From Azolla caroliniana (Eukaryota; Plantae; Polypodiophyta), in NCBI GenBank assembly GCA_043228905.1, contig JBHGNT010000021.1, forward strand, positions 4,960,001 to 5,024,000: a DNA stretch of 64,000 nucleotides, written 5' to 3'. Within the stretch, counting starts at the first letter, position 1, and every line of letters starts with the position of its first letter. Under the pieces are notes generated by a model. That model saw nothing but the letters and a program-made list of their open reading frames with translations, did not search any database and was not told the DNA's origin. Below, one piece after another: positions 9,925 through 23,334 of the stretch. The position numbers and the translations under genes are program-made.

Positions 9925-12900
9925 CATAGATTGACCCATGTGTGATATGTGTGGTATTCGACATCCGCAATATTCGTAGTATTCGAGAATATAAAATTGC
10001 TCCAAGAATATTATAAAACCATTCGTTTATAGAAAATAAATTTACATAATAAAAATTATTCAATTCACTTAAAAAAAGAAAGGAAAAATCACCAATTAAC
10101 AGAAAAATGGAAGGTCTTCAAAATCACACTAACATAAGAAAGAAAAGTTTTAATTAAAGTGATTATGAACCGTTATATTCTAATTTCTAAGTTCTAGGTT
10201 CTAACTTCTAACTTCTAAGTAATGCTTTGAAATTTAAGAGTCTATGCACTATCACATTCATCATCCGTATCTTCAAGCTCATCACTAATGTCCTTATGAG
10301 CTTCATTTTCTTCAATAGCTTGATTTTGCATTCTCAAAAGTCTCTCATCATCTTCTTCTTTGTTGATCATATCTAATGTTGCTTCAATTAGGCATAATCC
10401 CCTTTCCCTTATTCTTCTAATGAGACAATGATTTGTATGTATGTAAACCAATTTCTCAACATGAGCATGAGTCAATCTATTTCTTTTTTTTGTATGTATC
10501 GATGAGAATGTACTCCAATTTCTTTCACAAGAAGAGGCACATGAACCTTGAGAAAGCACACGAATTGCAAGCCTTTTTAAGTTTGGAGTGCTTGCTCCAA
10601 ATGTTTCCCACCACTTAATTGCATCATGCATTCTAGTTGGATCATTTGCCATAGGAACTTGAAATGAACTCTTTTGTTGAGTTTTATAATCATAGAATTC
10701 ATCTAATAAAACACCACATAAAGGTATATCACCATTAGTATACCACATAATAGTTTCCATCCAACTTGTATTCAGCTTCTCATCAATATCTTGAATTTTT
10801 TCTCTCCAAATTGGATGCAAAATAAAGCTAGTTGCATGCAATGGTGAATGTAGCATTGTCCATCTTTGCATACATATTCCCCGAATTTCATCAAGCAATA
10901 AATTATCTACATCTTCGATGTGGTTTATTTCTTCTATCATACGATGAGTACATTCATAAATTAAACCCATGGTTGCACCGTCTCTATCCGCCAATCTAAG
11001 AACTTTTAGGATTGGCTTGCATATCTTTACGATCTTCTTTATATTTGCCCAAAAAGAAGCATCAAGTATAATTGAAACTATTTCTTCTCCTAGTTGTGTT
11101 TTTTATCCTTTCCATTGACACCATTGTTCACTAACCACCATTCTTCTTAATCCACCTTTGACTCTGTCATCCAATAAGTGAGACAACATGATAAAACTAT
11201 AGGCAAATCTAGTAGTGGAAGGCTTTAACAATTCTTTCTCACTAAACTTACAAAACATTGCCAAAGAATTTTTTTTTCGTGTAATAAACACAATTACCTT
11301 TGTAGCTAATTTCAAAACATCATGAACCCAAGCACATTTTCCAATATCTTCAAACAACAAATCGATGCAATGACATGTGCATCTGGTAAAAAAGATCATG
11401 GGCCACTCTTTCTCTATCATCCTCCTAGCTACTACACAATTAGTTGCATTGTCCATACAAACTTGCACAACATTTGATGGGCCAATATCAAGAATAACAT
11501 CCTTTAAAATCTTAAAGATATACTCTCCCGATTTATATTCTCCACTAGTGTCAACTAATTTCAGAAACACAGTGCCATACGCAGAAGTAGCCATGACATT
11601 AAGTATTGGTCTATTCTTGGTATCTGACCAACCATCACTCACAATAGTGCATCCAATAGTTTTCCATTTTTCTCTAATTTGCATAATCTCCTTTTCAACA
11701 TATTTCACCTCTTCATTCAAGTGCCTTTTGCGCAATTGATTAGGAGATGGTGGCTCATAAGAAGGCCCAACAAGTGCCACAGCTTTTATTAATTCACAAA
11801 AATATGTACTTCCCACTTTTACATCCGGTATATCCTCTACAAAAAAAACCTCTTGATTGCTTCATCAGCATTTTTATCAAGTTGCTTTTGCCATAACAAC
11901 TTCAAAGGTTCAACATTGTCTACTTTCATCTTTTTACTTGTTGATGCATTACCAAACGATAATGAAGGCGTTTCATTAATAGATGTTGATTCCACATTCA
12001 TATCAACATTTGTGCTACAATTTTCAGCATTGCATTCCATTGATGACTCACCATTCATGTCAACATTTGCACAACCAGATACCATTTTTTGTACTTCAGC
12101 TTTTATAACAGCATCAATTTGACGGCATTTGTCAACACCTAAACCTTTCAAGCCCAGTAAGTGAGCTCTAATTCGAAAGGGCCCACCAACAAATACATGG
12201 TGACAATGTTTGCATTGAACAACAAGCATACCCTTATCATGTTTTCTCAAAACGGTCACATGATTCCATTTGAAGCTCTTTTGCTTCACCATTTAGTAAA
12301 TTAACCTTCAATTGATCCTGAAAGAGATTAATTTGATACCTAAAAATGAATTAAAACCATCGTTAGCCAAAATCTTCATTAATCCTACCTCTAATTAAAA
12401 TCTATTATGATTGCATAATCCTACAATGCTAGCATGAATAAATCACAGAAGATTGGACAACATTGAGATGAGAAGAGAGAGTTAATGAGCTTTGGCAAAA
12501 CCCTAATTTTCAAGGAATAATTTTAAGAGACTTTTTGATCCAAAATCTTCATTAATCCGGCCTCTAATTAAAATCTAATTAAGTTTGGATGATCCTACAA
12601 TGCCTCCAATTAAAATCTAATCTTATGATCATTGCATGAATAAATCATGGATTATTGGACAACTAATTTTTCCCAAACCCTAATTTTTAGGAAGCAATAT
12701 ATAGAAAGAGGTCTCAAATAGAATGCCTCCACAACCAATTTACTCAAGATACTATGACTAAATTATGCAACAAAATACACTATATTAAATGACCCAATTG
12801 ATAAAAAACCCATAGCATATTCATAATCCATGCAATTATTTTCAATATGTTTTCATCACCATAGCTCCTAACATCTTCATATTCCATGGAGTTATTTCCA

Positions 12901-13431
12901 TATGATCCTGATTCCTCATCATTACCAAGCATAGGTGGGGAGATAGGATACCTTTTTCTCAAAATTGGTTCAATTACACAGCTTATCATTTTCTTTATAT
13001 GCCTTAGTAGGACTGTCACTAACCAATGGTCATGGTTATAAACTTATATGCATTCAAAGGAGTAAAAAGAGTAGAAATTCATTATCCAGACACAATTATC
13101 AATAGCAGGAGGTTGGGACGTCAAACATCACAAAGCATGAGGAAATGTAGAAGAGAGACAGTCTTACCGAGTTTTGCCCAAACGTATGTCTTACGCAGGA
13201 GGAGGAAAGGACATAGGCGAACCCTAAATTTGAAGGAGTTGATATTTGATGGTGTTCACTATTCCCTATTGATTGCTATTCCTTGTAGAGCGCTTCCCTA
13301 TTCGCTACTCATTGAATACATTTTTTCAAAAAATAATAGGGAAAAAAAGTTAACGAATATTGGAAGATGTATTCTTATGCATATTCGTTGGTATTCGTGG
13401 GGGAGGCCTGACGAATGCGAATATGTCAATC

Positions 13432-13435
<4 letters not shown>
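9925..13435 (-). mobile_element. hAT DNA transposon (3.5 kb) in the (TA)n tract of the chromovirus 3' LTR
   Basis: 11-bp TIRs CATAGATTGAC (9925) and GTCAATCTATG (ends 13435). TATATATA flanks fit an 8-bp TSD. Clustered subterminal TATTCG motifs at both ends. Confidence 0.93.
10242..12292 (-). pseudogene. hAT transposase (BED finger, DUF659-like catalytic region, C-terminal dimerisation domain), broken by a frameshift and a stop
   Basis: 'WNHV...CKHC...RAHL' (12292-11837); 'GCTIVSDGWSD...VQVCMDNATN...CTCHCIDL...TRF' (11816-11103); 'WWETFG...LAIRVLSQGSCASSCERNWSTF...RNRL' (10994-10242). Confidence 0.92.
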
Positions 13436-13462
<27 letters not shown>

Positions 13463-16400
13463 CTTCTTTTCTCTCTTCCTCTCTCGTGAGTCTTACGCAA
13501 TCCCTTCTTCTTAGTACTAATCCTCATAGTACTTCCCTTCTCTAGTACTAATTCTCTCTCTGTTTTAGTACTATTCCTGACAGCAATAAACCTAAACCCA
13601 AACATTATCTTGAGAATCTTAGACAAAGGATAGTCTAGAATCCATTGTTTACAACATCAGATGGTTTAGTGTTGGGTTCTAGACAATGGTTATCATGGGG
13701 GAAAATGACAAAAGGTCCTGCAAAAACAATTCAGACATGGCAAAGTTTTTTATCACGTTCATGGGAAGAGCAAAAAAAAATCCTATGTAGTATGCATGGT
13801 GGCCAAATAATGTATCAACAAATTCAAGAAGCTTTGAGTAGACTCCCCATACCACCCAATAACTCTAACCACAGATGGGTTGGGGTTTATTCAAGGTTGG
13901 AAGTACTCTTGGTTGTTAAGGGGTATTCAGATGATAAGACCTACTGGTCTTTTGAAGTGGATGAAGCAAACCAATTGACTCAATCGGGGGAAATGAGGAT
14001 AGATTACCCTTATGGTATGGAACACAAGAAAAAGGTCATCGGATATGTTGGCCATAAATGGTATATATTGATCCAATGATTGAGGAAATAAGGACAGATT
14101 GGAAGTTGTGGGTGTTGGGTAGAAAACCGGTATTTAGATTAGAATGGGATCCAATTGATTATCAATGGACAAATCCCTTTATGGGTAACAAGTTCAATTT
14201 CTTCCAATATTCTGTACAGTTAGGAAGACATGTGCTTTCATATACACGTGATGTGTTACCGGACGCATTTCAATATTGGAATCAACAAGGTATTACTCCC
14301 TAATTCCTTGCAAACTCCTATGTTATATTATGGGCAAGAAAACAACCATACCAAATATTGCATGTACAATGGTTACTTGTACACCGAGCCTTGCCGGTTG
14401 GCACATGGTTGCATAGGATGGGAGTAGCTTCTATGTGTGCATGATGCCATTTACAAATGAAAACTCAAAAACATTGCTTATGGGAATGCACTAAGTCTCA
14501 GCTGATATGGCAACGTCTCCTTAGAATTTTTGCTAACTATTTCCCCCCATTGGTTTTCACTTGGGGCACGGTGGTTTGGACATCTCTTGTCCGTGATGCA
14601 TTTCATCATGACACTTAATCTATGGACCATGATTTTTACACTAAATCTGGAAGTGTTCATACATTACCATTGTTGTCATTACAGTTTGCAGCAACACGAA
14701 AGGAAGTCCAACCAGTATGGGAGATACTGAGTAGTACCACTATATATCACATTTGGAAGGTTAGGTGTTCTCTCATTTTCCATCAACTTAAAACACCACC
14801 GGCTAAATTAGTTTCAAATATTTGGTTAGACATAGTTCATACTTTGAAGGGACAATGGGATGGTATCATTGGAGATTCTGATGCTAAAATTGCTCAACGG
14901 CATGAGTTCATCATTATATGGAAAGCTACTCCATTCATGACAGCCAATTATGGTATTCCTTATTGGCATTTTCAACCTCTGAAATGGTTGTTTCCCCCAC
15001 CGATCACATAGAATTTAAAATCTTGTAAAGATGGTTACACTAATGACAAGATATCTTCTTTAAATAAATAAAAAACAAATAATGACACTCTAGATATCTC
15101 TCCTTGGATTCAACTTGGAATTATCATTTTTGACATTGTCTTCAACGAGATTTTCTATCGTGTCTTAATTTTGCCTTATTATCTTCTTTCACAACAAGAA
15201 TTCACTTTGAGATGAATTGTTAGATTATTTGAAATTTTCCATCTCAAGCAAGGTGGTCATCCACAATAATATGGTTGTTTTGCGAGAAGTAATGTTCTCC
15301 CACAATCTCAATGAAGCTAATAAAATAATGGCTACATAGCTAGACCATCTTCATCAATTTAAATCTCGACACTAAGAAGTTGAGCATTGCACATCTAGAA
15401 CTTGCTTACATGACTTGAGAATTTATAATATTCTAACGTCTTCAACTCGAACAACATTTTCTTCAAATATATAACCTATTTGTCAAAATTTTGATATATT
15501 TAGTTTCTCCTATTACTTCACCAAATTTCAACCCAAAACTTCATTTCTAAAGCAAGATGGGGTCTTCTTTTGCTCATATCTTTGCTTGTAATTCTTTCCA
15601 ATCATAATCTTTCCTGTCTTTGGGATTTATGTTGGCTAAAGCCTTATATACACCCAATTGTGCCAACACATACTTTGGAAAAAATGATGAAGTTGGTATT
15701 TTCATCGAAAGGCATTGGGTCAAACATCATACTAGCCATTGCTCTAATACCAATTATTATGTGTAAAGTAATTATAATACCATAAACAAAGATTATGTGA
15801 AAATAAAGGCAAAACAAAACAAAATGAAAATGAGGACATGAGAAATTTACACAATTTGACCATTTGCCTATGTTCATGTGACATTGTTATTTCCACTCAT
15901 AAGATTACACGTAGGATACAAAAGAAAACTCACAATTTGTTGTCAACCTTATTTCCCTAAAAAAAACTTTGGTTTTCAATCTAATTTGGACTTCCCTAAA
16001 AAATACACTCGGGTTTTCAATTTAATTTGGACTTAATTATTTGCTAAACTTGTTTATCTCTTATCTCTTTACCTCTTTGATATTCAATCACAAAGAATGG
16101 ATTATTATTTATAGGCTTTTTAAATATAACATGCATGAGACACTTGTTTGGCATGCAAATGCAAACAATGGTTCGCTCCTTATCAAAAAAGACTCAGTTT
16201 AATTGAAGCCACAATGGTGCATTTGCTAACAATAATCATATTTTGTAATGTGATATATGAAGGTTCATGCAACATTGGTATCTCAACCCTTGGATCGTGG
16301 AATCTTAGATAAGCTCCTTTGTCCTCTTCAGAAATTTAATGTCAATAGCATTCTAATATGGTGATCATTGAATCCTCGTTAACAAAATCTTATTCACTAC

Positions 16401-17549
16401 TAGATTTTGTTTAAATCATTGATATCATTTTCAACCCTTGGGTTGTGGGAAGTGATTTTACAAAGTCATTTTCCATCTTTTTAGGCAATATAATTGCTTT
16501 AAACCCCCGCGTCGTGGAGTATGACTTTGTAAAGCTTTTTTTTTGCTATGAATGTCCAAACATCTCTTATAACATGTTGTCATTATCAACTCTTTGGATT
16601 GTGAAATGTGAATTTCTGAAGCTCGAATATGTGGTATTGTTTTCAACCAATGGGTTGTGGCCATTTCCTGCCTTGTTTGGGAAAAGTGATATTCTAAAGC
16701 CGTTTTTTAAGGTGAATTTATCCTAATAGTATACATTTTCTTGACTTGTCCAAAGACACACTTCCATAAGTAAATAAATCAATTTTAAATGTTCGGAGCT
16801 TCATAAATATTCTCGAATAAGGATCATAAAAAGTCGATACCAAATTACCAAAGTGAATATTCATTAATTTATGTGTGTTTTAGGCCTCAATTGTGTAAAA
16901 CTCCTAATTAAGATATATTATCGAGTATTGCCAAGCTAGTTACTTCGTTGCATAACATCGTGTAAACATAAATGAAAGAATAATAAAAGTTGTGTTTGGG
17001 TTTGCTAAAAAGTGTTGAACACTTGGATGGTAGCTAGAGAGTTTAAACATAGATTCTTTAATTGAAGAACTATGACTGATTTAAGATTGGCACATGTGTC
17101 GAACATTACAGTTGGGTCTTCTTTAGTATCAAAGGTTTGCAACTTAAATGATGAGGAAATCAAAGATACTTTGATCGAATAGTAGGTATGAGTCAAAGGT
17201 TCATGTTCATGATTTCAAAAGTGAAGGTTAACAATATCCTTGAGACATTTGGAAAGTAAAGCAATCCGGAAAACTCAAGAGTTTTAATGATATCAGGTAG
17301 AAACAATTTACAAGATATTACTTAGGAAAGCTCAATATGAAAGCAATGGAGAAGAGATGAGACATTAATGATACTCGTGCAAGTAGAACATCATCTTGTT
17401 TTTTCCATTAGATGTTTGTAAGAAGTATAATCACACAAAAAAATGTGTGAAATAGGGCTATGATAATCTTATGTTTTTAGATTGTGGAATGAAGGCTAAA
17501 GTATTTGAATTAAGGTTATATTCATTGTACTCAACTTTTACGTTTTTAG

Positions 17550-18250
17550 CTTGAGATTGTGTTCACGAACATCATTTTCCCCCAAAAGAAATTGTGTACA
17601 AAAGATACTTTCCATGGCGGAAATGTTGAAAACAAACCACATCAATGCCGACAAAATGAGCAATAATCATGCATTGGCTTGAGATCATGTACACTAACAA
17701 AATAGCTCCCTAATACATTCCACAATCCAAGGGTTGAGAATGATAGTTTTAAAGTTTCCAAAATGAGCATTTGAGATCATGTCATTGGCCTTTTTCTCCT
17801 AACAAAACGACATTACGGATTTACATTCCAGAGTGTTGAGAGCGATTGCATAAATGCTAATAAAAGGAACAACATTCATGGTGCTAGTTCAAGATCGTGT
17901 ACGTTTACACAACACTTTTATGTTGCTTTTCTTATAAACAAACAAATTTATGGATTTACATTCCACAAGGTTGAAAAGGATAGCATTAATTCTAATTAAA
18001 ATGAGCTATGTTTTTACGTTTTCGTTTCGAGATCATGTACACTAACACATCATTCACTTGACCCATCTCTCCTAAAGAAAGGGCTTTACAAGTTCACATA
18101 TTTCCACAAGGTTGAATTTGGTTATGCTCATGTTAATAAAAGGAGCAATGCGCACGTTTTTACAGTTAGGAGATCATGCACACAAGCACTTCATAAATAC
18201 TTATTCCTGAAAATATGGCTTTAGAGAATTTACTTTCCACAATCCAAGGG
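17550..18250. repeat. Highly diverged ~90-140 bp tandem units
   Basis: Recurring 'gagatcatgt(a/g)cac' and 'tt(t)acattccacaa...ggttga' at ~17551, 17679, 17771, 17889, 18027, 18170. Confidence 0.65.
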
Positions 18251-19019
18251 TAATGCATTTATAAGGCGATGATAATAATATCGAAGAAGATCACACAGTT
18301 CTCGCCCATCTCACTTTTGTCTCCCTAACATGCATATGATATACACAAAAACACAACACTCAAAGAGATGCAACTAAAGTATAATCAATCATGGACTTCA
18401 ACACACCATCAAGTAATTAATTGGCATGATTGCCATTGGAAAATTGTTTACTCGCATATCATTGTTCAATCACATGTCGAAATGGTTATTTATAAGGGTA
18501 ATACATATACACGATCCAAGGGTAATACATTTATAAGGCAATGCTAATCATATCGAAGAAGATCACAGAGTCTTCTCGACTATCTCACTTTTGTCTCCCT
18601 CGCATGCATATGATATACACAAAATACAACACTCAAAGAGATGTAGCTAAAGTATAATTAGTCATGGACGTCAACACACCATCAAATAATTAATTGGCAT
18701 GATTGCCATTGGAAAATTGTTTACTCACATATCATTGTTCACTCACATGTAGAAATGGTTATTTATAAGGGTAATACATTTACACGATCCACGGGTAATA
18801 CATTTATAAGGCAATGCTAATAATATCGAAGTAGATCACATAGTCTTCTTGCCCATCTCACTTTTGGCTCCTTGGCACGCATATTATATACCCAAAACAC
18901 AACGCTCAAAGAGATGCAACTAAAGTATAATTAGTCATGGACTTCAGCACACCATCAAGTAATTAATTGGCATGATTGCCATTGGAAATTTGTTCACTCA
19001 CATGTAGAAATGGTTATTT
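18242..19019. repeat. ~272-bp tandem repeat, about 3 copies
   Basis: 'atcca(a/c)gggtaat(g/a)catttataaggc' at 18242, 18514 and 18787, collinear throughout. Confidence 0.93.
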
Positions 19020-19129
19020 CGAATATGGTTGCATTCTTCTATAATTTACGAGTCTAGCTAACTAGAAGTAGCCATAACTAGCTAGTTCCTTGCTCAAAAA
19101 ACGACAAACAAAAGAGTTAGAGCATCAAG

Positions 19130-19552
19130 GTGTCCTACATGTGCAAAGTGCACACTGCATGCACACACACAAATTTTATACATATTATTATAATCTCCAC
19201 AAAAAACAATGTGGCAGGCAATAAGTAGCCATACAACTCTCTCTCACTCTCTCTCTCTTTGGAGTCTCTTGTAGAATGAGCTTATATTCCGATTTCTAGA
19301 AGAATTATAGCATTCTCTGTATGTGGATTTGCATGCTTGGTTTGCAATGACCTAAGTTTGTCACAATTAACTAAATTCATTCCACAAACGATGATACCAA
19401 CGAGTTTCTAGAGATACAAACACCTTGCGGATAAGAATACTCGAGATATATGCAAGTACGCACACATAGGTGGGTGGACTACTACTTTGAGATTTGGTCT
19501 ACAATAAATTACCACATAAAACAACTTGTAGGTATTAAGTAGCCACACATAA

Positions 19553-19584
<32 letters not shown>

Positions 19585-19858
19585 GGAGTCTTACACAATG
19601 AGCTCCTCTACTCTCTAAATTGTATGCGTCACAACTAGCATAGCCGTATTTATCGCAATAAACTAAATTCATCGCACGAAAAACGATGATGCCAAGATAT
19701 CTCACAAAGACCTTGAGGGTGAGCTTTTCTATGTGCACAGTGCACACAAAAAACAAAACAAAACAAAAAACTCACATAGGGCAATGAATTTTGTGTGTTT
19801 TTTGTCTATAACAAGTTACCACAAAGCAGAACAAGTTGTAGGTAATAAGTAGCCACAA

Positions 19859-19896
<38 letters not shown>

Positions 19897-19985
19897 GGTT
19901 GTGTGTGTGTGTTTGTGCTCTCTCTCTCCCTCTCTCTATGGTTGTGTGTGTGTGTGTTTGTGTTGGGTCTTATAGAATGAGCTCT
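19130..19985. repeat. Three diverged ~310-bp tandem units containing (CT)n
   Basis: 'taagtagcca...(ct)n...gtct...aatgagct' at ~19221, ~19535 and ~19845. Confidence 0.75.
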
Positions 19986-21539
19986 ATAGGAAGGTATTAT
20001 CTCTAACAACATGAAACTCTCTCGTATATAATTGTCTTTTAGTGTCTGCTATCCGTGATATAAGCTCCCATACTCTATTTATAAAATTCCAATGTCTATT
20101 AGTTCTCCTTAACATTCCATGTTGAGATCCAAACCATTCTCTCTCTAAACTATGAATGACCTTCACACATGAGATTGATTGGCATTCACTTATTTATAGA
20201 ACTTATATTATAGATGCATAGGGTCATAGAACTTTTATTAGGATCATATTGATTGAACTATGGGATCTTGGTCCTAGCTCTTATGTGTTGCAATGGTTGA
20301 GTTAACCAACAAACACTTTGATATTCATAGGTGATTGTCCAATTGGCTACCACGGTTGTGATTCAAAGAGCTTACACAAACTCAATGGCTATGGGGACTC
20401 CCCTTCTTGTTGATGTCATATTTGGATGGATGGTTTCTTCAATGAGACATAAACGTTAGTGCTTCTAGCGTTTATGCTTGTGAAGGACCTCTCTTCTTCA
20501 CATTGGTTGTGCACATAGGGAGACAATATATTGATTGGGCAACATGCTAGTCGCTCTCTATTATGACAATGGCTTGACATCATAAATTTCAATACCTCTT
20601 TTGTCATGTTTGTGGTAATTACATATTGATAATCATGTGATTTGCTTTCAATCACAAAATGATATATCCAAGGTTAGCAAGGGGAACTTAGGTAGTTCTT
20701 GTTGAACTTGATCGCACATCCACGAAACATGATGTCAGTGTGCCAAAGTCACACTAATATGTTTGCATGGTCATGACGTATGGTGTGTGATCTCATGTTG
20801 CTTTCATGCTCAAGTTGACATATAGGTTTACTTTATCAAGGAACGATCCTTTGGCTAAGACAATGTGTAGTGTACCTTTTGGCAGATGACAATGGGTTAC
20901 CACACGTAGTATTTATGGGTCACAACTACACGATAAATATATAGGCACGTATGGATTTAGGTTGCCAGTCCTTTTCTGTAGAGCTGATGGACATTATCGA
21001 GATGTTACCTCGAGGGCGAAGATGTTGTGTATATGCATGGACATGTGGAAAAGGGTAGCACGTCTCATAAATCTTGGCAAAATCGAGAGGTAGAGGGGGG
21101 AGGGGGGGAGAGAGAAGAGACAGGCCATAGGCATGATATGGAGAGACAAGGGTTGAATCCCAAATCCACAAGTGTAAGAGGTAGTTTTGCCCCCTTCCTC
21201 TTTCCTTGGGGTGTCTGTCTCGACCCGGCGGAAAGCTTCGTAAACGTAACTACTCAAGGATATATATATAGAGAAAGACGGTGGGGGGGTGGGGACCACG
21301 AGTATCGGGACATTATAGAACTCGATGGACCGATGGACCGGGACGGGACTGACTATGTTTATGTCCGGTTAATAGAGAGAGAGAGAGACCCTTTTTTCTC
21401 CACCAAAATGGGTTCAAAAAGAAACAAAAAGAAGAAGAAAAACCAAAGGGAACAGGAGGAAAAACAAGACAGAATGATTGATCTATGTATGTATCTGTCT
21501 GCTTGTCTATAATCCTTCTCTAGCCCACCATGGCTGGCT

Positions 21540-22250
21540 CTCACTCACTCACTCACTCATCTCATACACACATACACACATACATACATATTTGCATACA
21601 TATATGCATGCATGCATACATACACATACACACATACCATACCATACATACATACATACATATCTATATACATACATGCATGCATATAGATACACATACA
21701 CATACACATACACACATACCATACCATACATACATATATATCTGCATACATACATACACATACATACATAGATATACATACATACATAGATATACATACA
21801 TACATACACATGCATACATACATACATACATACACATGCATACATACATACATACATACACATGCATACATACATACATACATACACATGCATACATACA
21901 TACATACACATACATACATACACATGCATACATGCATACATACATACATACACATACATACATACACATGCATACATGCATACATACATACATACACATA
22001 CATACATACACATGCATGCATACATACATACATACACATACATACATACATACATACATACATACATACATGCATACACATACATACACATGCATACATA
22101 CATACATACATAGATACATACATACACATACATACACATGCATACATACATACATACATAGATACATACATACACATACATACACATGCATACATACATA
22201 CATACATACACACACACATACATGCATACATACATACATGCATGTATGCA
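21540..22250. repeat. Compound (CATA/CA/CATG)n microsatellite, ~700 bp
   Basis: Directly visible; it produces the H/T/Y/I and M/Y/V/C ORFs. Confidence 0.97.
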
Positions 22251-22599
22251 TGCTCTCTCTCTCTCTACCTATCATGCATGCCATCTCTGCAGAATTGCAA
22301 TGAATTCTGCTCCACCTCTCTCTCTCTCTCTCATTCTGCTTCTCTCTCTATGTCTCTCTCTCTCCCTCTCTTTACATTCCCCCCCCCCCCCCCCTCTCTC
22401 TCTAGATTCTGTCTCAGTACTCTCTCTCTCTCTCTCTCTGGATTCTTCCCCTGTACCCCACCCCCACCCCTCTCTGTGGATTCATTCTCTCTCTACACTT
22501 CTCTGTTTTTACTTCCTTGTAACGGATGGGTAGGGGGAGGGGGGGGCCGCCTCTTGGGTTTCACTACTCCGTTTCCTTTACCGCTGCCTGCCTCCTTGC

Positions 22600-22842
22600 C
22601 ACTCTAATCGCCCACTAATTTCCCCGGATTAGTGCTAATCTGCCCCCGATTGCTACTAATCTCCCTCCTTTTGCTACTAATCTCCCTCCGATTGGTACTA
22701 ATCTTCCTCCTTTTGCTACTAATCTCCCTCCGATTGCTACTAATCTTCCTCCTTTTGCTACTAATCTCCCTCTGATTGCTACTAATCTCCCTCCGATTAG
22801 TGCTAATCGCCCCCCATTAGCGCCCATCACCAGCACTAATCG
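22600..22842. repeat. 21-bp minisatellite (~11 copies) upstream of the kinase gene
   Basis: Unit CTAATCT(C/T)CCTCC(GAT/TTT)TGCTA; 7-aa periodicity in ORF 22615-22836. Confidence 0.92.
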
Positions 22843-23334
22843 CGGTCTTCATTACCCAGAGTTGCCTTCTTCTTCTTCTTCCTCCTCCTCCTCCTCCCCT
22901 TCTTCATTCAGCTTCTTCTTCTTCTTCTTCTTTCATCTCCCCCCGCCCCCGCCCTGGCTTTGTAGATCACCACAATATTTCTGTTTTTCCTGCCTTTTAA
23001 ACCTCGCCAGTTTAATGAATTACTGTGGAAGCTTTCCATAGCTCCTCTCACCCTGTTTGCAAAAAAGAAAAAACTCAAAACCCTGAAAGGAATGAAGAGA
23101 GAAAACGCAAACCCTAAAAAAAAACAAAAAACAAAAGTCAAAGAACCGAAACTCAAAATCCTTATAGAATCGGACCCAATGCAGTAGCAATGCAGCTTGA
23201 TAAACTGAGTATTTTGGTTTGGAATTGAGCTCCGAAGAAGGAATCTTCGTGCCCTGGCTTCTGATTCTTGATGAATGAGAAGATTCTAAACTATTATCAT
23301 TTTGAATTGTAAAACAGAGTTTCAAAGAATCGCC

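Larger units (their letters stand above)
4558..13582 (+). mobile_element. Ty3/Gypsy chromovirus (Tcn1-like), decayed; 5' LTR 4558-6157 and 3' LTR 9306-13582, both interrupted
   Basis: TGTCA(4558)...CCTGACA(6157 and 13582). TSD ACAAT/GCAAT. PPT AAAGGGGGGATAG 9293-9305. Domain order gag, RT, RNase H, integrase, chromodomain. Confidence 0.93.
874..15080 (+). mobile_element. L1-clade LINE ORF2 (RT to C-terminus), decayed and split by nested insertions; LINE segments 874-1212, 4092-4557, 13588-15080
   Basis: 'EFADDTALYL' at ~892-921. 'LSFV|GRIVVANQVL' is restored across the 1213-4087 insertion. 'FLWSG...KVKWDVITLPRSKGGLGI' (ORF 4177). C-terminal 'IYHIWKVRC...WHFQPLKWLFPPP' (14622-15011). A-rich tail ~15061-15080. 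Confidence 0.9.

Noticed and set aside
19986-20930. Possible solo LTR (reverse TATAAATA near 20192, LTR-like texture)
   Set aside because: I could not define TG...CA ends with a matching TSD.
21478-22607. 200-265 aa His/Thr/Tyr or Met/Cys/Val ORFs
   Set aside because: Translations of the (CATA)n microsatellite.
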